Below are positions 16,752 to 35,925 of a stretch of 64,000 nucleotides of DNA, piece after piece; position 1 is the stretch's first letter; every line of letters begins with the position of its first letter. This stretch comes from the human T2T-CHM13v2.0 reference genome, Homo sapiens: NCBI RefSeq assembly GCF_009914755.1, contig NC_060947.1. The stretch is one strand, 5' to 3'. The notes under the pieces are model-generated. The model searched no databases. It saw only the letters and a program-made list of their open reading frames with translations, and was not told the DNA's origin. Position numbers and translations under genes: made by a program.

Positions 16752-18028
16752 AAGAATAGGTGATTTTCAAACTTGGAAACATTCAGAAGTTATCGCCTCA
16801 GTTTCAGATTGAGTAGTCTCAAAGAGATTACAGACATCTACCACAAATTCTCTACTTGGTGTGGTGCAAAATCAGTATGATGTAAACTTTGTCTCTCAGT
16901 TTCTTCAAAGGAAAGAAGCAACTGGAACACACATATAACACTAACCCTTCCAGCTGCATTATGAGGGACCAGTACCTGTCTCAAGGCAAAATTATGACTT
17001 AGTTCATCCTCACCTCTGGAGGCCAGTAAAAGTGGGTTATAGAAGAACAAAGAGGCATCTAGATCTTTCACTGGGTTATTTGGAGAGAAACATCTCCTAC
17101 CGAAGGCCAGTTTAACAAGACTGGTAGAGGAGGTTATCTTATCTAATTCACAGAAATCAACACATTGAGTCAAGAAAAATGAAACACAGAAACACTCTAA
17201 ATAAAAGAAGATAAGTCTTCAGAAACCAACCCTAATGAAATGAAGATATGTGATTAACCTGACAGGAAATTAAAAAGAGCAACCATAAAGAGTCTCATGG
17301 GAGCAATGCATGAACAAACTGAGAATTTTCATAAAGAAATAAAAGATAACAAAAAGTATAAAGTTGAAGAATACAATAACTGGACTCAAAAATTTAATGT
17401 GTCCAACAGAAGAATCGATGAAGCAGAAGAAAGGGCTATCAAACTTGTAGATAGGCCATTGGAAATCATGTAATGTGAGGAGAAAAAAGAAAAAAGATTG
17501 AAGATAGTTTAAGAGACTTTTGAGACATCCTCAAAGGGGAATAATTTATACATTACCAGATGGAGAAGATAGAGGGAAAAGGACAGAAAACATATTTGAA
17601 GAAATAATGTCAGAAAACCTCATAATTCTGGCAAGGAAATAGAAATTTAGATCTAAGAATCTCGAACATCAGGTATGATGAATCCAAGGAGACTCACACC
17701 AAACCATATTGTAATTAAATAAAGGTTAAAGACAATCTTCAGAGCAGCAAGGGAATAGTCTCTTCTTACATACAAAATGATCCACGGAAGACTGTCAGCA
17801 GACTTCACCAGAAAACTTTCACGCCAGAAGGCAGTCGTGATATATACAAAAAGCTGAAAGGAAAACACTGCCATCCAGGAATACTATCTCCAACTATCCT
17901 GTGTTTCAAAAATTAAGGAGAAATATAAAGTTCTCAAACAAAAGATGTGGGAGTTTACCACCACTAGACCTGCACGGGAAGAATTGCTAAAGGGAGTCCT
18001 TCAAGCTGTAGTAAAAGAGTGCTAATTA

Positions 18029-18382
<354 letters not shown>

Positions 18383-18664
18383 TCAAACTGAGAATATGCT
18401 AATACTGTAACGGTGGTGTGAAAACAAATTATGTATTTATCATAAAAGTTAAGACAAAACTTAACTTGTAGCAACAATAATTTAAATTATACAAATTATA
18501 AAATGATATAAATTGTGTCATCAGGAACACAATGTGGGGTTGAAAGTAAAAGCATAGCATTTGAGTAATTGATCTAATTTTAGTTGTATTAATTTAAAAT
18601 AGTCTCATAAGTGTAAGAGACTGTTTAAGGTTCATGGTAACCACAACGTTTGCAAAAAACCCTT

Positions 18665-18716
18665 AGTAGATATGCAAAATATAAAAAGAAAGTAGATATG
18701 CAAAATATAAAAAGGA
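18665..18716. repeat. 26-bp tandem duplication
   Basis: agtagatatgcaaaatataaaaag repeated at 18665 and 18691. Confidence 0.9.
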
Positions 18717-19975
18717 AAACATTGAATCACATAAAAAAACAGCAAGAAAGGAAGAGAAAAGCAAAGAATTTGTAATCAACCAGAAAACAAATTGCAAAAT
18801 GACAGCAGAAATTCTTTACCTGTCAATAAGTGCTTTGAATGTAAATAGATTAAATTCTCTAATCAAAGTACATAAAGTGGATGAATGGATTTTGAAAAGT
18901 CTCATCTATATGTTGCCTACAAGACAGTTCATTTTTAAGGATACATATAAATTGAAAGTGAAAGGATGGACAGATATGCCATGTAAATGGAAACTAACAG
19001 AGAGCAGAGGCAGATCTCTTAATATTTACATCAGATGAAATAGAATTAAAGTAAAAATTTTTAAGCAGAGACAGGGTCATTATATAATGATAAAAAGTGG
19101 TCTGTTCATCCATGGGGTATAAAAGTCATAAAGGTATATGCACTCAACATTACAGCACCTAAATATATAAAGCCAATATTAAAAGCTTTGAAGGAAAATA
19201 TAAAATCTAATACAATAATTGATGGGACTTCAGCACACCTCTTTAAGCAATGGTGAGATCATTCAGACAGAACATCAATGAGACATCAGACTTAAACCAC
19301 AATTGAAAACCAAAGTTGCCCATATGGACCTAAAAGACATTGATGCAGTCTTCTGTTCAACAGCAGTGGAATACACGTTTTTCAAAAGTGCACACAGAAT
19401 ATTCTCCAGAGTAAATCATACGTTAGGTCACAAAAGAAGTCTTAAGAAATTTTAAAAGATTGAAGTAATATTGAATATCTTTTCTGACCATAATGGTATG
19501 AAACTAGAAATCAGTTATAGGAGGAATTTTAGAATATTCACAAGCACATGGAAATTAAATAACATATCAATCAGTGGTTCAAGGAAGAAATTAAAAGTTA
19601 TTTTCAGAAAAACAAAAATGGAAACACAAAATACCAAAACTTATAATATGCAAGAAAAGCAATTCCTAGAGGGAAATTTTAGCAATAAATGTCTAGAAGT
19701 ACAAAGAAGAAATAGCTCAAACAATTTAATGTTATACCTAAGAGAACTAAAAGAAGAACGTAACAAAGATTATAGTATAAATGAGACTAGAAAAATAATA
19801 GAAAATACCAACAAAACTGAGGGGATATTTTGATAAACTAAAAAAATTAAGCAATGAACAATAAAATAAGTAAAAAGACAGTCCAATAGTGAGTAAGAAG
19901 GCTGAATCAATAATTAAAAGTTTCTCATAAAACCAGGAACTTATAGATTCCCTTCTGAATTCTACAGATGTTTAA

Positions 19976-20457
19976 CCCTTTTCCCGTTTGCCCCAAACTC
20001 GCTGGTGGCCCTTGTGGCTGTAGCATTTACCCTGAGATAACTTTGCTACAAAATATCTTGCTTTCATTATTTTCGTATTGCTCTAGTATATTGACTTTGG
20101 AAGCAAAACACATTTTTCTATTTATAGCATTCTGTCTTTAGTAGTGGTATTTCCATTTACAAAGTATAGTAACTCTCAATCACTGAAAATGTCAAATTCT
20201 AGAAAACATAGTATTCCTGTGTATGATGTTAATATTCTTGAACAGTTATTGTCCAAAGATGCATTGATTTTCTTCAGAAATAGACAATTCCGATGATTGT
20301 GATGTTCTGTTTAGAAATAACTCCAAGAACAGTTTTTGTATTTTATTTTCACATTGAAAATCAGTCAGATTTGCATCAGCCTCAAAGCGCATGTTTATGT
20401 AAAATATTTAAGTCCTGGCAGCGAGCTGCCCTTTTTTTTTCCTAAATGGGAAAAGAG
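19976..20457 (+). mobile_element. MER75 non-autonomous piggyBac element (complete)
   Basis: TTAA TSDs at 19972-19975 and 20458-20461; terminal inverted repeats cccttttcccgttt / aaatgggaaaagag; internal sequence matches recalled MER75 consensus. Confidence 0.92.
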
Positions 20458-20771
20458 TTAAAGAAAAGCTAATATCAATCCTTTTCATACTCTTTATAAA
20501 AGTTGAAGAGGAGGGAATAAGTTCCAATCACACTTTATGAGGCCAACGTTAACCTGATACCAAAGTCAGATGAAGACACTAAAAGAATACAAAATTACAG
20601 GCCAATATCCCTGATGAACATAGATGCAGAAACCCCCAACAAAATACCAGCAAACTGAATTCAACAACAAATTTAAAAGATCATTTTCCCATGATCACAT
20701 GGGGAGATAACCTTTTGCATTTAAGGATGGTTAAACATACATAAATCAATAAATTTGATAGATCACATTAA

Positions 20772-21130
<359 letters not shown>

Positions 21131-22295
21131 CAATACTTAACATCTTTGCATGATAAAAACCTGAACAAGTTAGGTATAAAAGGAAGATGTCTCAACACAT
21201 TAAAGGCCCTATATGACCGGCCCAGAGCTGAAATCTTAACACCGAAGAGTTGAAGGCTTTTTCTCTAAGATCAGGAACAAGACATGGATGCCATTTTTTC
21301 TCCTTCTGTTCAGTGTTGTACTGGAAGTCATAGCAAGAGCATTTAGGCAAGAGAAATAAAAGACATCTAAGTAGGAAAAGAAGAAAAAACTTGCCTCTCC
21401 TGATTATCTTATCTTATAGCTAGAAAACCTTAAAGACTCCATTAAAAAAAAAAAAACTATAGAACTAATAAAATGAATTCCATAAAAAGTGCTACGTACA
21501 AAATTGACAATTAAGTCTGTAGCATTTCTATACACTAACAAACAACAATCTATCCAAAAAAGTAATCAGGAAACTAATCACATTTACACTATTTACTAAG
21601 TAAACAAACTTATGAATGAATTTAACCAAGTAGGTTAAAGATCTGTATAGTGAAAACATTGATGAAACGAATTGAAGATTACAAAAATAGAAATTTTTCT
21701 TTGTACATGGATTGGGAAATTTATATTGTTATAATTTTCATACTGCCAAAAGAAACATACAGATTCTGTGTAATCAATATTTCAATGTCCTTTTTATTTT
21801 TATTTTTTTTACAGAAATACAAAAAAAATTCTAAAACTTGTATGGAACTACAAAAGACATTAAATAATCAAAGTAATCTTGAGCAACAAGGACACAGCTG
21901 GAGGCATCACTCTACCTGATTTTGTAATCCATTATCAAAAAACTGTGGTACCAGCATAAAAACAGATTCACTGACCAGTGGAACAGGAAAGCCCAGACAT
22001 AACTCATACATTTCCATCCAATTGATTTTTGACAAAAGTGGCACACAGAATGGGGAGAGGACAAATAAATAAATAAATTGTTTTGAGATATCTGTATATC
22101 TATATGTGAAATTGAACCATTTTCTCATAGCATATAGAAAAATCAACTCAAAATGGATTAAAGCCTGAAATGTTGCCTTTGAAACTGTAAAACTACTAGT
22201 AGAAAATATAGGGGAAAAGCTCTATGATGTTGTTCTGGGCAATGATTTCTTGGATACATCCTTAAAAGCATGGGCAGCAAAAACAGCCAGACAAC

Positions 22296-23364
22296 TATCA
22301 GGGAACCTGCCCAGATAGTCACATAGGTTCTTTTCTATTTTCCCTAAGCATTGGCCGGGTTGAGAAATAAAGGGACAGAGTACAAAAGAGAGAAATTTTA
22401 AAGCTGGGCATCCTGGGGAGACATCACATGTCGGTAGGTTCCGTGATGCCCCCTGAGCCGTAAAACCAGTAAGTTTTTATTAGGGATTTTCAAAGGGGAG
22501 GGAGTATACGAATAGGAGGTGGGTCACAGAGATCACGTGCTTCACAAGGTAATAGAATATCACAAGGCAAATGGAGGCAGGGCGAGATCACAGGACCACA
22601 GGACTGGGTTGAAATTAAAATTGCTAATGAAGTTTCGGGCACCATCGTCATTGATAACATCTTATCAGGAGACAGGGTTTGAGAGCAACCTGTCTGACCA
22701 AAATTTATTAGGTGGGAATTTCCTCGTCCTAATAAGCCTGGGAGCGCTATGGGAGACTGGGGCTTATTTCATCCCTACAGTCTCGACCATAGAAGACAGC
22801 TACACCCAAGGGGGCCATTTTAGAGGCCCACCCTCAGGGGCACATTCTCTTTCTCAGGGATGTTCCTTGCTGAGAAAAAGAATTCGGCGATATTTCTCCC
22901 ATTTGCTTTTGAAAGAAGAGAAATATGGCTCTGTTCCGCCTGGCTCACCGGCGGTCAGAGTTTAAGGTTATCTCTCTTATTCCCTGAACATTGCTGTTAT
23001 CCTGTTCTTTTTTCAAGGTGCCTAGATTTCATATTGTTTAAACACACATGCTCTACAATTTCTGCACTTAACACAATTATCACAGGGTCCTGAGGCGACA
23101 TACGTCCTCCTCGGCTTACGAGATGACAGGATTAAGAGATTAAAACAGGCATAGGAAATCACAAGGGTATTGATTGGGGAAGTGATAAGTGTCCATGAAA
23201 TCTTCACAATTTATGTTTAGAGATTGCAGTAAAGACAGGCATAAGAAATTATAAAAGTATTAATTTGGGGAACTAATAAATGTCCATGAAATCTTCACGA
23301 TCCACGTTCTTCCGCCATGGCTTCAGCCAGTCCCTCCGTTTGGGGTCCCTGACTTCCCGCAACA
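22296..23364 (-). mobile_element. MER11 solo LTR (HERV-K11/HML-8)
   Basis: Reverse complement begins tgttgcgggaagtcagggacccca; ~1.07 kb; perfect 6-bp TSD gacaac at 22290-22295 and 23365-23370. Confidence 0.93.
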
Positions 23365-24930
23365 GACAACTTGAGTTGCATCAAACTAAAAAGCATCTGC
23401 ACTGCAAAGGGTACAGTTAACAGAATGAAGACACGGGTTTTGAGAAACCATTTTCAAATCATATATCTGATAAGGGGCTAATATCCAAAATGTATTAAGA
23501 AACCCAAGCCCAATAGCAAGAAAACAACTGTCTTTAAAAGGGGGAAAAGGACCTCAACTTAAATTTTTCAGAGGAAGACATGAGTGGCCAATTGATTGAT
23601 ACATGAAAAAAATGCTCAACATCTCTAATCATTAGTGAGTTGCAAATCAAAACTGCAAGATATTACCTTACACCTTTTAGAATGGCTATTATTAAAAGGA
23701 TGAAAGACAGGTGCTGGCAAGGATGTGGATAAAAGGAAGTCCCAACATTCTGTTAGTGGGAATATAAATTAGTATAGCCAATTTAGGAAACTATATGGTG
23801 GTTCCTTAAGAAACTAAAAGTACAATTACTATATGATCTAGCAATCTCTACTTAGGTATATATCCAAAGGAATTGAAGCAGTATGTTGAGATCTTGCACT
23901 CCCTTATTTTGAAATTATTTACAAAGCTAATAAATGGAAAAGACTTAAGTTTTCATAACAGATGAATGGACATAGAAGATGTGTTGTATATACATATTGG
24001 AATATTTTTTATCCTTGGAAAAGAAGGAAAATTGTCATTTGTGACAACATGGATGAATCTGTAGTATACTATGCTAAGTGTTGTAAGACAGGCACAGAGA
24101 GGCAAATACTACATTATATTTGTATGTGGAATCTAAGAAAGGCTAACTCATACAAGTAGAAAGTTGGATGTTATGGTTTCCAGGATGTGGGTGTTGGAGA
24201 GATGGGCAAAGGCAAGACGTTGGTCAAAGAGTACCAATTTTCTGTTAGGAGGAATAAGTTTTAGACATATTTCACAGCATGGTGACCATTGTCACTGACT
24301 GTATATTTTAAAATTGTTATAAGTAGATATTAAAGTTGTCACAACAAAAGTAGGTGAAGTTATGGATATGTTAATGTGCTTGATTTAGTTATTACACTAT
24401 GTATACATACAAAAACATCAGATAGTTCCCTGGAATTATATACAATTATTACTTGTCAATTATAAAAAAAAGCCCTACTGCAACCACTAAAAAGGATTTT
24501 CATATAATAGAGGGAAAAATCGTTAAAGATAATAATACATTATTTTAGAAAATATTAACTTATAAAAAGTAGTATAGGAGGGATTCTGTAAAAGAAGATA
24601 GACATAGAATTTTAAAATGTATAATGGAAAATTTAAATCCAGCTGTACTGATGGATCAAGCAATCCAAACCAGTCTGATTGACCAAGTGGATATTTAAAA
24701 AACAATCAAACTATAAGGTGTCTGTTGTAGGCAGTTTATAAAATACAAAAGTGTTGAAAGAAATAGGATGGAAATAGAAATATCCAAGTAGCAACCACAA
24801 AAAAACTGGAATGTCTGCACTAACATCATACAAAACAAACCAAATGAAGGTTAAAAATATTGAAATTATACAAAATATGTTCTATGACTAAAATTTAATG
24901 AAATTAGAAATAACACAGAGATAGGAACTA

Positions 24931-25256
<326 letters not shown>

Positions 25257-26144
25257 GTTACGTAACCAACAAGTCAAAGGAGAATTTATAAGGAAATCAG
25301 AAAATACTTTGAGGTGAATGAAAATACAGAAACAACATATCAAATTCTGTGAGATGTGTGAAAGCAACGCTTACAGTGAAATTAATAGCTATGAACATTG
25401 TAATGAAATGAGAAGTACTTCAAATTACTAACCTAACTTTCCAACTTTAGAAAATACAGTAAAAAAAGAACAAATTAAAATCAAAGCAGAAAGGATATAA
25501 AGTTTAGTGTGGAAATAGAGAATTAAAAATAATTGAGAAACACAGCACTTCGTTGACTTATTCATAAAATAAAGCTTTATTAAAATGAGAAATGTAAAAC
25601 GTGATGTTCCTAATGACCTTATTCCATACAAGGGATTAGTATTTTGACAAATATCTTTGTGGAAGTAGACAAATTCCTAGAAAGACACTGACTACCACAA
25701 CTCATTCAAGAACAAAGTGAAGACAATAAATTGGTAATTTAAAAACTCTCACCCCTGCCCCTGACACACATGTAAATTCCCAGTTCAAATGTATTCTTTT
25801 GTATATTATACCAAACACATGAAAATTACCAATTCGATAAAAATGTCTTAAAAACTTGGAAGAGCATGTAATATTTTTTACTGGTTCTATGATGCTATTG
25901 TTATCTAGATACCAAAGTGAAACATCATACACAGGGAAAACTCTGATAATATCGCTTATGAGTGGATCTGTGAAATTTCCTAGTAAATTTTGGCAAACCA
26001 AATACAGTAACATATAAACAGGAATGTACACCAGTACCCAGTACAGTGTATCCCTGGAATGCAACGTTATTTCATCAGCTGGAAATGATTAGTGCAACAG
26101 ACTGAAGGAAGAAAACAACATGGTCATCTCAATAGATTGTGGAC

Positions 26145-26589
26145 GGCTGGAAGTGGAGGCTCACGCCTGTAATCCTAATACTCCTACCAACAGTGTATAA
26201 GCATTCCTTTTTCTCTGTAACTTCACCAGAATCTGTTTTTTTGTTTGTTTGTTTGTTTGTTTTTGACTTTGTAATAGCCATGGGCTGGGCTCAGTGACTC
26301 ACGCCTGTAATCCTAGCACTGGGGGAGGCTGAGGTGGGCGGATCACTTGAGGTCAGGAGTTCGAGACCAGCCTGGCCAACATGGTGAAACCCCATCTCTA
26401 CTAAAAATACTAAAATTACCTGTGCATGGTGGCAAGTGCCTGTAATCCCAGCTACTCGGGAGTCTGAGGCAGTAGAATCACTTGAACCCAGGAGGTGGAG
26501 GTTGCAGTGAGCGGAGATTGTGCCACTGCACTTGGACCTGGCTGACACAGCAAGACTATGTTTAAAAAAAAAGAGAGAGAAAAAAAAAA
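26145..26589 (+). mobile_element. Composite: Alu 5' stub (26145-26180), inverted ~100-bp L1 fragment (26181-26281), complete AluS (26283-26589)
   Basis: ggctggaagtggaggctcacgcctgtaatccta, then antisense L1 'ctaccaacagtgtataagcattcc...gactttgtaatagccat', then a full Alu; candidate TSD aataga(tt/ag)gtgga. Confidence 0.85.
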
Positions 26590-26671
26590 TAGAAGGTGGA
26601 AAAAGTATTTGGTAAACTAAGAAGTAAACCACAACCTAGTAAAGGGCATATTTTAAGAATTCACAACTAGA

Positions 26672-26940
26672 ACCTGGTGCCGTGGCTGTAATCCCAGCAC
26701 TTGGGGAAGCCAAAGCAGGATTACTTGAGGCCAGAAGTCTGAGATCAGCCTAGGCAATATAAGGATACTCTGTATCTTAAAAAAAAAAAAAAAATCCAGA
26801 TGTGATGACACATGCCTGTACGCCTAGCTACTTGGGAAGCTGAGGTTCATGTTTACAATGAGCTATGATGATGCCACTGTACTCCTGACTGAACAACAGA
26901 GTGAGACCCTGTCTCTAAAAAGCAAAACAAAACAGAAAAC
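26672..26940 (+). mobile_element. Diverged AluJ
   Basis: Degenerate dimer with deletions (ttgaggccagaagt, gagctatgatgatgcc). Confidence 0.85.
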
Positions 26941-27449
26941 CCAAAACCCTCAAAACTAATGTTACACTTAGTATTTAAAGAATGCTTTCTCTGTAAGAAG
27001 AGGAGCAAGGACAGGATAAAACATTCTTGCCAGTTCTGTTCAACAGTGTACTGGAAGTATCTGTGACATTAATTGCATTGCATATGGAAGGAAATAAAAT
27101 TTTTTAAATAGGAAGCAGCAAAACCTTTTGCAGATGACATGGTTTTGTACATACACAACCCCAGTGGATCCAATAAATTTGGATTCCAATAACAAGATCA
27201 TCTCAGCAAGTTTTTGTGATTTAAGATTACAATCCAAAAATCAGTTGTATTTCTATATATTATTAAAGAAGTCAAAAGTGACATCATTGAAACATTTTTA
27301 TTTACAATATTATTAAGGCAAAATACTGTGGGATAAAGTGAAATTCAGCATGAACTGTGAATAACACAAAATATTTGTCAGAGGAGTTGAGGAATATCTA
27401 CATATGTGGAAAGACATCTCATATTTGTGGACTAGAAGATTTAAGCATC

Positions 27450-28220
<771 letters not shown>

Positions 28221-28351
28221 TAGAATATTTACATAATTCTCAAAAGATAGTATTAAAAATCCAAAGCTTTAAATTAGAAAATGGGCAAAAGTCATGAAAG
28301 AACATTCCCCTGAGGATAGGGAAATGTCAATAAGGACATGATGGAAATTAA

Positions 28352-28729
<378 letters not shown>

Positions 28730-29944
28730 TAATGATTCCAAAGGCTGAGAAGCATGCAGAAAAAATTGAATCTTTATTGCTGATGGGAATATAAAACTGT
28801 ATACCACATTGGAAAATAATTTGGCAATTTCTTTTAAAGCTAAACACACACATACAGTTAGTTAGGCTTAGCAATTGCTGTCATGGCCTATTTCATAGAA
28901 ATGAAAATTTATGTGTAGACCAAACCTGCACTTGACTGTTCACAGAAATTTTATTTGTAATAGTCAGAACCTGGAAACAACTCACATGTTATTCACCAGG
29001 TAAACAGTTAAATAAGTCTGTTATTTCCGTATTGTGTAATACAACTCAAAAATTAAAAGGAATAAACTACTACTATACAAATAAGCCTTAGATGATTCTC
29101 AATTCTGAAGGAAAAACCCATTTCAAGTTGTAACATAATGCTTATTTTTATGTATCTTAATGTGATGAAGTTAAATAGTTTAGAGAACATTGTTCGTATT
29201 CATCTGTTAGGGATGGTAGAAGTTAGGGTTGTATGTGATTATAAGACTAGTGGAAGGGATACGTTTTTAATGATGGATGAGTTCTGCATTCTGATTCATG
29301 CAGTGGTTACAAAAATGTATACATGTGATAAAATGTCATGTAAATGTGCACATTTCACCAATGACAATGTGCTGGTTGTGATATTGTACAATGTTAATGG
29401 AAAATATCACCACTGGGGAAAATTGAGTGGTATGTGTAAACGGTACTATATTTGCAGCATTTTGTGAGTCTTTATTTTAACATAATATGTAAATATGTAA
29501 AGCAACTAGAAGAATGGTTTTAATACAGGAGAGTAACAGCTTATAAGCAAGAGAAAGAAAAATGATAAATAATGTGAACACTTACCAAAGGAAGGGTGGA
29601 ACAGAGAAATAAAGGACAGGGAAAATTATCTGGGATGATTCCTAAATTCCAATATTTGGATGGAACTATACAGAATTTTAATATATCTGGAAAATAAACT
29701 GAAAATATTAACGGATCCACAGATATTGAAGACTTAACCTTTTTTATCTCATTATTCATTAAAACAAGTGAAATGTTATAGGGAATTCTTCAAATTGAAA
29801 GAAGCAGCTCATGCATAACACAAAAACATGAATGTATAAAACTGACTGGTAAAAGGTAAGTAACTCAAATTCACAGTACTGGTATACTGTAATGGTGGTG
29901 TACAAATAACGTATATCTTTATTGTTAAGGTTAATACACAAAAC

Positions 29945-30068
29945 TTTTTTAATGAGATGGCTGTTGCTATGTTGCTCAGGCTGGTCTGAAACTTCTGGGC
30001 TCAAGCAATTTTCCCCCCTCAGCCTTCTGATTAGACGGTATTATGGGCACCTGCCATGATGTCCATCT
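29945..30068 (-). mobile_element. Alu left monomer (FLAM-like)
   Basis: 'ttgctatgttgctcaggctggtctgaaacttctgggctcaagcaatt'. Confidence 0.75.
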
Positions 30069-31486
30069 ACAAAACTATTAATAATTACAACAATTTGTTT
30101 AGCCATATGTGATATAAATATATGTAAGGTGTGACATCAAGAACATAATGGGTCACCAAAATCTCAGAGTAAAAACACTCTGGTTTTACTCACCCCCATA
30201 GAACCTCAGTAATATATCCAGCACCAATATTATCACAAGTTATATCCCAGAACTGAAATCCGAGGCTGAGACATTTCCTCAGACTACAGAGAAGTGAAAA
30301 ACTTGGAGCAGATGATAAAAGGCTTCTTCTGTATTTATGAGACTCCTATGTGCCTGCCATCATGTGTGGAAAATTTTATCGACATTCACCAGTTCAACAT
30401 GGGATAAATGTGAGATTTTGGCACACAGCTTCTTCACCATCTTGGCTTCTCTTGTTGAAAAGCTGTTAATAGCTTAAAACATGGGAAGTATTGTGTGTGC
30501 TTGTAGAAAGAAAATCCCATGATGGCAGTGAAAGACAATTGGGCCAGTTGAGATTCACAACTCCAGCCTGAAAATTTTCTTTACGTCAGACAACATAGAT
30601 GCCAAGTCAGAGTGGCTGTTCAGCAGCACTATAATGTAGTAGGCAGAGTTCATAGTTCTTTGCACAAATGCCTATCCAACCTTCCTGCACAGCCAGAGGA
30701 TTGACTTTGGGACCCCTATATGGGATGGGCAATGCTCCAAATGTTTGTGAGAGCTGAGTCAAATCTAAAACAGGCAGCACTCACGGATTAAGTAGTCTTG
30801 ACAGGGAACTACAAATAATAATATCTAAGAAAATATACTCTAGGAAGACCAAAAAAAGCTAGACAGCTGAGACTGGAATAAATATATAATTAATTGTTCA
30901 ATGTGAAACTGTAGGCATACGTCTACAAGAAACAGCAGCAAGCCAATAACCATGACTACCCTGAACAGAGAAAGCATGGAGCCAGTTGCCATCCCTAATG
31001 AGATGGTAATGTTTGAACTCTAGAATCAAGAATTCATAAATGCAATTTTAAGGAAATGTAGCAAAACCCAAGATAATGCAGAAAAGGAATCCAAGAATGT
31101 ATTAGAAACTTGAAGAGATTGAAATAATACACCAAACAAATATTGCAAATGAGAAATAATTGTTTCAACTGAAATAATTATTAGAGGATGTCATTAGCAG
31201 AATGGATCAAGCATAAAAAAACAGTGATCTTAAAGATAGGGTATTGGAGAATCTGTAGAGATTAAAGAAATAGAAAAGGCCTAGAGAATAGCTACAGGAT
31301 ATAGAGAATAACGTCCAAACAGCAAATTAAATAATCATTGGTGTTCAAGTGGTAGTTTTGGAATAGCAAGGGCAGTAAAGCTTATTCAATGAAATAACAA
31401 TACATTCCAAATGTAGAGGAAAGTACTTTTCAGGTACAACAACGTTAAAGACCAAATAGATTCAGTTTAATTAAGAATACCCCAAG

Positions 31487-31527
<41 letters not shown>
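31487..31527. repeat. (TG)n(TA)n compound microsatellite
   Basis: gtgtgtgtgtgtgt followed by ~13 TA units. Confidence 0.95.
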
Positions 31528-32324
31528 ATCATCTCAAAAACATACTACAAAGAGAAAGGACACTGAAAACAGCAAGAGAAAAGCAAATAACATTATATAC
31601 TTCCAATTTGTTTGTTAACAGACTTCTGATCAGAAATTGTACATACCAGGAGGGAGTGAAGTGACATAAAGTGCTAAAGGAAAAAAGTTAACCAACAATA
31701 CTGTACCCACAAAAGATTTCCTTGAAAGATTGAGAGATAACATCGTTTACAAAAAGAAAAGGAAACATGGTGAGAATTCATCACTAGACTCGTCATTCAA
31801 GAAATGCTAAGTTCTTTATCCTGAAGAAAATTATGCTAACGTCCAAAGAGAAAAAGTTTGACATTACAAAACTCAGTGGCCAATGCAAATACATAGGCAA
31901 ATGCAGAATAAATTAATACGCTTGTTTTGTGTAAGCCTCTTATATCCATAATACGAGGAGTAAGATGCAAGTCTATGAAAAGTAACTATAGCAGCATCAT
32001 AAAATATAGCCAATTTAAAAATAGACATGAGAAAGTCAAAATGTGGGGGAATTGAATTAAAGCATAAAATTGATTGGCTGTTTATATTCCTTATGATGAA
32101 AATTATTATCGGTTTAAAAATACTTTTATCTATGAGATACTACCAAAGAAAGTCACTTAACCACAATGGGAGAAGGAAGAAAGAAATAATTTGGAAAACG
32201 ACAAAAAAGTACCAATCAAAATGTCAATAGTGATTTCTTACCTATCAATAATAATATTGATAGGTATTATCTAGGATCCCCCTAAAAAGAACAGAGAGTG
32301 GCTCAGTGGATATTTTAAAAAATC

Positions 32325-32673
<349 letters not shown>

Positions 32674-32978
32674 CTAAAAGTGAAGGGATGCAAAAAGTTT
32701 TCAAATGGAAACCAATAAATAGCAGCTGTATTTGTATCAGATAACAGAAAATTTTCACTTAATATTTATTAGGTGAAAAGGTGTGAATAGAGACAAAAAA
32801 GTATTATGTAGTAAATACTTATGAAGGGTCAATTCAGGAAGAGGGTATAAAAATCGTAAATATGTATGCATCCTGCAGCAGAACACCAAAATATATAAAG
32901 CAAACTGTAAGCGACCTAAAGCGAGAGAAACTGCAATACAGTAATAGTAGGGGACTTTAGTAACCCTTCCTCAACTCT

Positions 32979-35925
<2,947 letters not shown>

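Noticed and set aside
23140-23300. Tandem ~85-bp repeats (also at 43290-43450) that look array-like
   Set aside because: Present in both MER11 copies, so intrinsic to the LTR; not CRISPR-like
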